A program made the translations under genes and the position numbers. The notes below the pieces were generated by a model, which worked only from the letters and a program-made list of their open reading frames with translations, was not told the DNA's origin and ran no database searches. Positions 1-7,716 of a stretch of 10,182 bases of DNA are shown piece by piece. Position 1 is the first letter of the stretch, and each line of letters starts with the position of its first letter. Source of the DNA: Vitrella brassicaformis CCMP3155 (lineage: Eukaryota; Protista; Chromerida); contig CDMY01000930.1 in the NCBI GenBank assembly GCA_001179505.1, positions 1 through 10,182 on the forward strand, given 5' to 3'.

Positions 1-2519
1 GTCCAAACGTGCATGCGACATTCATCATATACGTGCATGCGCAGGTGTGCGCACACAGACATTCATCATATACACCCACTCTAAGTCGACACGTGCATGC
101 GCAGGTGTGCGCACACAGATATCCATCAGATACATACACCCCAAGTCCCCAGGTGTGCGCACAGAGACATGCATCAGATACACACACCCCAAGTCTAAAC
201 GTGCATGCGACATTCATCATATACGTGCATGAGCAGGTGCGCACAGAGACATGCATCAGATACACCCACTCCAAGTCCAAACGTGCATGCGCAGGTATGC
301 GCACAGCGACATTCATCAGCCACACACACCCAAGTCCAAACCTGCCAGAGACATTCATCAGGTACACCCACTCTACGGCGACACGGGCATGCGCAGGTGT
401 GCGCACACAGATGTTCATCAGCCACATACATCCCAAGTCCAAACGTGCATGCGCAGGTTCGCGCACAGAGATATGCATTATACACCCACTTCAAGTCGAC
501 ACGTGCATGCGCAGGTGTGCGCACACAGACATTCATCATATACACACACTCCAATTCCAAACGTGCATGCGCAGGTGTGCGCACAGAGATATGCATTATA
601 CACTTACTTCAAGTCGACACGTGCATGCGCAGGTGTGCGTACACAGACATTCCTCAGATACACACACTCCAAGTCCAAACGTGCATGCGCAGGTGCGCAC
701 AGAGACATGCATCAGATACACCCACTCCAAGTCCAAACGTGCATGCGCAGGTGTGCGCACAGCGACACTCATCAGCTACAGACACTCCAAGTCCAAACGT
801 GCACGCGCAGGTGGGCGCATACAGATATTCATCAGATACACCCACTCTAAGTCGACACGTGCATGCGCAGGTGTGCGCACAGAGACATTCATCAGATATT
901 CACACCCCAAGTCCAAACGTGCACGCGCAGTGTTCGCACAGCGACATTCATCAGCTACAGACACTCCATGCCGAGACAAGAAGCGCCTCTGCACTGACTG
1001 TGTCAACTGCAAGCGCGGTACGTGCACAAAGTGATGATGGGGCGGGGATCGATCTCTCCTCTTCTGGCTGAGTGTGTTTATGGGACCAAAATTCATGAGT
1101 CATACGGACACACAGACAAGTGTTACGGTCAATGCAAGTTATCTCTCGCTACAGACACCCCAAGTCCAAATCTGCATGCGGAGGTGTGCGCACACAGACA
1201 TTTATCAGATACGCACACCCCAAGTGCAAACGTGCACGCGCAGTGTGCGCACAGCGACATTCATCAGCTACAGACACTCCAAGTTGACGCGTGCATGCGC
1301 AGGTGTGCGCACACAGACATTCATCATATACGCCCACTCGACATCGACACGTGCATGCGCAGGTGTGCGCACAGAGACATTCATCAGATACGCACACCCC
1401 AAGTCCAAACGTGCATGCGACATTCATCATATACGTGCATGCGCAGGTGTGCGCACAGCGACATTCATCATATACACACACCCCAAGCCCAAACGTGCAT
1501 GCGCAGGTGTGCGCACTCAAACATCCATGAGATACACCCACTCCAAGTCGACACGTGCATGCGCAGGTGTGCGCACACAGATGTTCATCAGATACATACA
1601 CCTCAAGTCCAAACCTGCAGCGCAGGTGTGCGCACCCAGACATTCATCATATACACACACCCCAAGTTCAAACGTGCATGCGACATTCATCATATACGTG
1701 CATGCGCAGGTGTGCACGCAGCGACATTCATCAGATACACACACTCTAAGTCGACACGTGCATGCGCACCCACTCCAAGTCCAAACGTGCATGCGCAGGT
1801 GTGCGCATAAGGACATTCATCATATACACACACCCCAAGTCCAAAGCTGCATGCGCAGGTGTGCGCACACAGACATTCATCATATACACACACTCCAATT
1901 CCAAACGTGCATGCGCAGGTGTGCGCACAGAGTGCGCACACAGACATTCCTCAGGTACACACACCCTTAGTCCAAACCTGCGTCCAAACCTGCATGCGCA
2001 GGTGTGCGCACACAGACATTCATCAGATACACACACCCCAAGTCCAAACGTGCATGCGCAGTGTGCGCACAGCGACACTCATCAGCTACAGACACTCCAA
2101 GTCCAAACCTGCATGCGCAGGTGTGCGCATACAGATAGATATTCATCAGATACACCCACTCTAAGTCGACACGTGCATGCGCAGGTGTGCGCACACAGAC
2201 ATTCATCAGATACACACACCCCAAGTCCAAATGTGCATGCGACATTCATCATATACGTGCATGCGCAGGTATGCGCACAGAGACATGCATCAAATACAGC
2301 CACTCCAAGTCCAAACCTGCATGCGCAGGTGTGCGCACACAGACATTCCTCAGATACACACACTCCAAGCCGACACGTGCATGCGCACACCTCAAATCCG
2401 CAGGTGTGCGCACACAGATATTTATCAGATGTGCAGGTGTGCGGACAGACACACTCCCTTCAACTCGACGCTTCCGTGTAGGTGCAGGTGAGCGCACAGA
2501 AAGTCTCATCATATGCAAC
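1..2519 (+). repeat. Satellite block A (forward orientation)
   Basis: Monomers read ...CCAAGTCCAAACGTGCATGCGCAGGTGTGCGCAC... on +. They degenerate over ~2380-2519. Confidence 0.93.
969..1147 (+). other. 179-bp non-satellite insertion inside the array (captured genomic or mobile-element fragment) flanked by a 15-bp direct duplication
   Basis: Unique sequence lies between GCTACAGACACTCCA (954-968) and GCTACAGACACCCCA (1148-1162; 1 mismatch). The first 16 codons encode CRDKKRLCTDCVNCKR, followed by G|GTACGT (donor-like, 1018) or read-through GTCTK-stop (1032-1034). Confidence 0.85.
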
Positions 2520-3818
2520 GACTTGGAGTGTGTGTATAGACTTGGAGTGTGTGTCTACGATGAGTCCCTCTATGCGCACACCTATGCATGCACGCGTCGA
2601 CCTGGCTGTGCGCACACCTACGCATGCACGCGTCGACCTGGAGTGTGTGTATAGGAAAAATGTCTCTGCGCGCACACCTGCGTATGCACGTTTGGACTTG
2701 GTTTGGACTTGGTTTGGACTTGGAGTGTGTGTATATGATGAGTGTCTCTGTGCGCACACCTACGCATTCACGCGTCGACCTGCGGTGTGTGTATAGGAAA
2801 AATGTCTCTGCGCGCATACCTGCGTATGCACGTTTGGACTTGGTTTGGACTTGGAGAGTGTGTATATGATGAATGTCTCTGTCGGCATACCTGCGCATGC
2901 ACGCGTCGAATTGGAGTGTGTGTATATAGAAAATGTTTCTGCGCGAACGGCTCCGCATGCACGGCTCCGCATGCACGTGTGGGCTTTGAGTGTTTGTATG
3001 CGATGAATGTCTCTGTGTGTACACCTGCGCATGCACGTTTGGACTTGGAGTGCGTGTATATGACGAATGTCTCTGTGCGCACACTTACGCATGCACGCGT
3101 CGTCTTGGAGTGTGTGTATATGATGAATATCTCTGTGCGCACACCTGCGCATGCACGCGTGGACTTGGAGTGTGTGTATATGATGAATGTCTCTGTGCGC
3201 ACGCCTGCGCATGGACACTTTGACTTGGAGTGTGTCCGCTGTGGTTGTTTGGGCTTGGAAAGTACAGATATGATGAATATTTCTGTGCGCACACATGCGC
3301 ATGCGCCTTTGGGCTTAGGATGTGCGGATATGATGAATATCTCTTTGCGCACACCTGCGCATGCTCGCGTCGACTTGGGGTGTGTCTACATAGTGAATGT
3401 CTCTGTGTGCACACCTGGCATGCACCTTTGTCCTTGGAGTGTGTGTATATGATGAATGTCTCTGTGCGCGCACCTGTGCATACACGCGTGGGCTCGGAGT
3501 GTGTGTGTATATGATGAATGTCTCTAGCGCGAATGTCTTTATGCGCACACCTGTGCATCTGCTGTATATGATGAATGTCTCTGTGCGCAAGTGCGCGTGG
3601 ACTTGGAGTATGCGCAGGTATGCGTGAACTTGGAGTGTGTATATATGATGAATGTCTTTATGCGCAGGTGCGCGTGGACTTGTAGTGTGCGCAGGTCTGC
3701 GTGAACTTGGAGTGTGTGCCACCTTCATACACCTGTGCATGCACTTTTGGACTTGGGGCGTGCGGATATGATGAATACCTCTGTGCGCACACCTGCGCAT
3801 GAACACTTGGACTTGGAG
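2520..3818 (-). repeat. Satellite block B (inverted orientation)
   Basis: Monomers read GACTTGGAGTGTGTGTATATGATGAATGTCTCTGTGCGCACACCTGCGCATGCACG on +, the reverse complement of block A. The block begins with GACTTGGAG (2520-2528) and ends with GACTTGGAG (3810-3818). Confidence 0.93.
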
Positions 3819-3937
3819 CAAGTCGACGCGTGCATGCGAAGGTGTGCGCACAAAGATATTCATCACATACACACACTCCAAGTCGAAGTCCAAGTCGAGG
3901 CGTGCATACCAATACACTCCAAATGCAAACGTGCATG
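3819..3937 (+). repeat. Satellite block C (short forward-orientation terminal segment, ~2 degenerate monomers)
   Basis: CAAGTCGACGCGTGCATGCGAAGGTGTGCGCACAAAGATATTCATCACATACACACACTCCAAGTC... Homology to the monomer ends at GTGCATG (3931-3937). Confidence 0.88.
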
Positions 3938-3938
3938 T

Positions 3939-3993
3939 ATACTCTGCGTCAGGAATGAAGAACGAATACAGCTGGCCCAAATGTGTCAACATC
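3939..3993 (-). CDS. REI1: REI1-like exon 5 (MLTHLGQLYSFFIPDAEY), abutting the satellite
   Basis: Acceptor GTATAG at 3994 after a 130-bp intron, and the phase matches exon 4. It ends either at donor GA|GTATAC (GT at 3942) or reads into the satellite. Confidence 0.85.
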
Positions 3994-4832
3994 CTATACA
4001 TATACACGAACGCGCGCACACCAACACGCAGCGACCGACGCATACACACGTCTCGCTCTCGTACGCACATGTTTCTCCTCCAGACCTCCTCCCTCCCTCC
4101 CTCCCTCTCCCTGATTGACTGACTTGTCTATGGTGTCGTGGTCCGTGCCATCGAACAGGCACTGCGTCACCTTGTACTCGACGCTGTGCGGCCGTGTCTG
4201 GCTGACAGCTGACAGTGCCTCGGCGGTACTGGACGATGCCGCACTCTTGTCGTCTTTCTCCCTGCCTCCCTTCCTCCTGTCGGTCTTCTTCAGATGACCA
4301 TCGCCCTTCACTGCGGCCTGTATGTGTAGATGTGTGTATGTACGTATGGACCCATCCACACACAGGGAGGAAGCGACAGGGGCGCGCTGCCTTGTGAGTG
4401 AGTGAGAGTACGTAAAGCCTTTCCTGGCGGCTGGCTGGGGGTCATGCAATGGCTGAATGACTGACCGTTCCGATGCAAGCAGCTCCAGCTTGCGCTCGAA
4501 CATCTGCAGAGAGATGGGACCGATGCCTGACATACTCATGTGCGAACGTAGGGTCACACATAGACGCACACACATACGGGTGTGGCTGGCGTGTGCATTA
4601 TGTATCCTCACCCACCTACTTATTCGCCACTTTGCGCTTGAGGTTGTATCTCTGCCAGTCTGTCTTGTAGTGGCTCCGCTGGTCCTCCCCATTGTCGAAC
4701 GTCGTCTGACACGCCGTGCACTGCATCATGCGATGCGTGCAGCACGACACACGCACGAACGAACACAACAAAGATTCCCTGCTTCACACAGACGGATGTC
4801 GTGTGTGTTCTGACCTTCAGAGGGCCCTCCAT
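3939..4832 (-). CDS. REI1: REI1/ZNF622-family cytoplasmic pre-60S maturation zinc-finger protein, 5' part only (5 exons, ~147 aa to PDAEY); intact versus pseudogene status unresolved
   Basis: Spliced model 4832-4815, 4720-4620, 4534-4462, 4317-4124, 3993-3939 gives MEGPLKCTACQTTFDNGEDQRSHYKTDWQRYNLKRKVAN...GPISLQMFERK...TQCLFDGTDHDTIDKMLTHLGQLYSFFIPDAEY. This matches the family signatures CxxC..F....QRxHYKTDWHRYNLKRKVA..PIS..F and CLF...HM...HSFFIPDxEY (recognised from memory of ZNF622/Rei1). Confidence 0.88.
4091..4111 (-). repeat. (GGGA)n intronic microsatellite with five G3 tracts
   Basis: CCC tracts on + at 4091, 4095, 4099, 4103 and 4109, inside REI1-like intron 4123-3994. Confidence 0.85.
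4124..4317 (-). CDS. REI1: REI1-like exon 4 (charged linker plus TQCLFDG...IDK)
   Basis: Acceptor CATACAG at 4318, donor GTCAGT at 4123 (phase 2), GC3-rich open frame. Confidence 0.85.
4462..4534 (-). CDS. REI1: REI1-like exon 3 (MSGIGPISLQMFERKLELLASERS); boundaries uncertain
   Basis: The homologous PIS..F.RK motif is in a GC3-rich frame. Keeping this frame needs a GAG acceptor (4535) and a GTCATT donor (4461). Confidence 0.6.
4620..4720 (-). CDS. REI1: REI1-like exon 2 (N-terminal zinc finger CTAC...HYKTDWQRYNLKRKVAN)
   Basis: Strong motif match. Donor GTAGGT at 4619 (phase 2); an in-frame TAG follows if unspliced. Confidence 0.9.
4815..4832 (-). CDS. REI1: REI1-like exon 1 (MEGPLK)
   Basis: ATG at 4832-4830, donor GTCAGA at 4814, 94-bp phase-0 intron to the CAG acceptor at 4721. 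An alternative start without this exon is ATG ATG at 4729. Confidence 0.65.
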
Positions 4833-5061
4833 CGTCTGTGCTGTCACTATGGCCGGTGCTTCCTGCGTAAGCCAATAAAAAAAGCGCACGAATCTTGCGA
4901 GTTTGGGGATAGTGACCGTCCAACCGTTCTCCTGCGAGCTTCGGCGTTGCAGTCCCACTGGAAGACTTCTGTCCCATCGGTCCCAACGACGAACGAATGA
5001 ATGACACCGCGGAAAGACCCTTCGACCTGATCACAATAGTGCACACGACGTGGCCGTCGCC
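4833..5061. promoter_or_regulatory. Short divergent (head-to-head) intergenic region, probable bidirectional promoter plus 5' UTRs
   Basis: There are 229 bp between the REI1-like ATG (4832, -) and the RetSat-like ATG (5062, +). No specific element was identified. Confidence 0.6.
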
Positions 5062-5413
5062 ATGGCATTTGGCGTGAGGATGGATCTGCCCTCCTGGGCT
5101 ACGGACTATCGTTTCATCGGCTGCTGTGGAGCCATTGCAGCATCTGCTGCCCTCATCAGAGCTTACCTGTCCCTCCGAGCGCCTAAACGCCACCGCACAG
5201 TGCGATGGCAGCTGCCGCCCTACGCGGAGGACATGACGCGATATGCGTACAAGGCCGCTCGTTTGCCCAAGGAGCCCACCGATTACATCGTTATTGGCTC
5301 CGGGATGGGCGGGCTTTGGCTCGCGGCTGCCTTAAGCAAATGCGGGTATACAGTGGTGGTGTTGGAGCAGCATTACATTGCCGGCGGATGCTGTCACACG
5401 TTCACGGAGAAAG
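5062..5413 (+). CDS. RETSAT: RetSat-like exon 1 (membrane anchor plus Rossmann GxGxxG)
   Basis: ATG 5062 (alternative 5080); donor GTAGGT 5414, phase 1. Confidence 0.88.
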
Positions 5414-7679
5414 GTAGGTACCTAGCAAACACAAACACACACGTGTGTATTCATACATGCACGCATAGCCTCAATGAGCCGACGATGCCTGTTTGTATTC
5501 TAGTTGCGTCAATTGCTGTGCGCGCGTGTGTTCAGGTGCATGTTTCGACACGGGTATCCACTACATTGGAGACTTGAAGGTCGCCGCGAATCTGATGGAG
5601 GTGGCGGGCGACCCCGCTGACTACCCCGTGCAGTTCCAGGAGGTTGGTCGGGAGAATGAGGACACCAGGGCAAGGGATGGGACCGGCAGGGGCCTCTACG
5701 ACGTTATCAAGTTTGGCAACGACACGGAAATCAGGTAAACAAACATACGAGCGAACCAGTCAGACAGATGGGCAATTGTGCGGATGTGTATGTGTATGTT
5801 TATGTGTGTATGTGTGTGTGTGTGCGCTTGCATGTGCATACATATGTGGGTGGGCGTTTGTTATGTGTGTATGACCATATATACCATGTAGGCTGCGTGC
5901 TGGCAAGGAGGCGTTTATGAGTGAGATGAGTCGCCACTTGCCTGCTCAGTTGGTGTCTGACTGGGTCAAGACGGTCAAGCAGGCCACCAAGACCTGGCGT
6001 ATGCTGGCCATGTCCAGGGCGTTTTCGCCTCTCGTTCAGGTCCGTCCTGCTGTTCCTACCTACCTACCTACCTACCTACCTACGCACAAACCAACCAACA
6101 ACAACAGAAGAGTGCGGTCGTCGTGTGAGTTGTGCTTACATGTCATTGTGTGTGATGTGTTGCATGCAGTGGTTTTGGCTGCGCTTGCTGGGCAGCGGGG
6201 CACTCAAGTGGGCACGGAAGACAACACGACAGGTGCGTCCTTCATCGCGCAAACAGCCCCCCCCCGTATGCATGAATCTACATACTCATGGGTATTTTCA
6301 TATGGGACGACGTGCGGGCGTGGGTGCGGTGCGTGGATGTGCATGTATGTGCAGGTGGTCCAGGAGCTTAATGGCGATATGAAGGCCGAGGGGATCCTGT
6401 CAGGCCAGTGCGTGGACTGGGGGGAGGTCCCATCAACGGCCTGCTTCCTCCTGCAGGCAGTGATCCAGCATCACTACATGCATGGCGCATGCTTCCCTGT
6501 CGGCGGGCCGCTTAGCATTGTGCGCACGCTCATCTCCACCATCCACAAGGCGGGCTCACGCGTGTTTGTGAGAGCCAAAGTCGAGAAGATCCTGGTCAAC
6601 AAAGGTACACACGTACATACATACATACATACATACACACGTACGGACAGACAGACATGCATGCATCCATATGACCTCCCAAGACAGCAGGGTGCTTGGT
6701 TGGTTGTACATGTATGTATGTATGGGTGGAGTCTTTTTCCCTGTGTGTGTGTAGGTGTGGCTGAGGGTGTGGTGCTGTCCAACGGTGACACGTTGAGGAG
6801 CAGACGGGGCGTCGTCTCGTCGGTCGGCCTATCTGCCACATTGGTAGGGAGGCAGGCAGGATCACAACACGTGCAGGCAGGCTACGCATGCAACAACATG
6901 TGCATGTATGCACTTCCCAAGCCTCTCGCTCCCTTTGACATGTGTGCGTGCGCGCGTGTGGGTGTGTGGGTGCGGTGTATGGTTCACACAGGGTCATCTG
7001 TTGTCGAGTGAGGATGTCGATCGATACATGTCGGCAGAGGCCAGGCTGCTGAAGGATGTGGGTGAGGGGGTCAGCAATGTGTGCGCGTTCGTCACGCTGC
7101 AGGGCAGCTCAGATGAGCTGAGGCTGCCCACCAGCAACCTGCACTACTGGCCCGAAATGCCAACAGAGGTGAAGAGTAGAATGAAAAAGGCAGACAAACA
7201 GACAGAGGCTGGCTAGGGCAGTCTATGGGTGCAACTGTTGTGGGTTGGTGTCTGTCTGTCTGTCTGTCTGCTTTGTGCCTTCATACATACGCACATACAC
7301 ACCTATATAGGGTCGTGGTCTTGATGCCGTGGCTGTCAAGTACGCCGAGGCGCTGCTGGACGTCGACGCACACGATGCAGCGTACTTCATCTGTGAGCTG
7401 GCTGGCTGGGTGGCTGCATGGATGGACGCACGCACACACGCACGTGTCTTGTCCTATCTGACTTGGTGTGCGCATACATGCATCCATCTACCAATCAGCA
7501 TTTCCTTCCGCGAAGGACCCTGAGTACGACGCTCGTCACCCTGGCACGTCCACATGCGAAATGCTCATGGAGACCACATCAGGCATGTTCGAACAGCTAA
7601 ATGAAGGTAGGTAGAAGGACGACATCCGCTCGCTCGTGTGATGCATGTTCGTATGGTTGCATGGATGAATGCATGCATC

Positions 7680-7716
<37 letters not shown>

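Larger units (their letters stand above)
1..3937. repeat. Tandem satellite/minisatellite array, ~58-60 bp monomer, roughly 60 copies, continues beyond the left edge
   Basis: Consensus CCAAGTCCAAACGTGCATGCGCAGGTGTGCGCACACAGACATTCATCATATACACACACT (60 bp) repeats head-to-tail. For example, lines 481-540 and 541-600 are in register. Variants include a GTCGAC form and 24-bp deleted units. Confidence 0.97.

Noticed and set aside
969-1147. Insert as a downstream REI1 exon on the minus strand
   Set aside because: I saw no Rei1-like motif on the minus strand; the coding-like signal is on the + strand.
9-3936. Many long His/Cys/Thr-rich ORFs on both strands as repeat-protein genes
   Set aside because: The consensus monomer is 60 bp and stop-free in most frames, so ORFs arise automatically. 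Frequent non-3n indels switch frames and the orientation flips, so no frame is preserved.
1-3937. CRISPR array
   Set aside because: Units are contiguous monomers with no unique spacers, there are no cas genes, and the context is eukaryotic and spliceosomal.
3994-4692. 232-aa minus ORF as a single-exon gene
   Set aside because: It is read-through of REI1-like exons 3-4 plus introns. Its stop is the TAG acceptor at 3996-3994.
5917-7011. 364-aa ORF as a single CDS
   Set aside because: It includes microsatellite-derived intron translations (PTYLPT, HTYIHT). Homology is confined to the spliced exons.
5414-7612. Tandem donors GTAGGTA at 5414/5418 and 7607/7611 as regulated alternative splicing
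   Set aside because: This is a common by-product of the donor consensus. Only the first GT keeps the frame and there is no supporting evidence.
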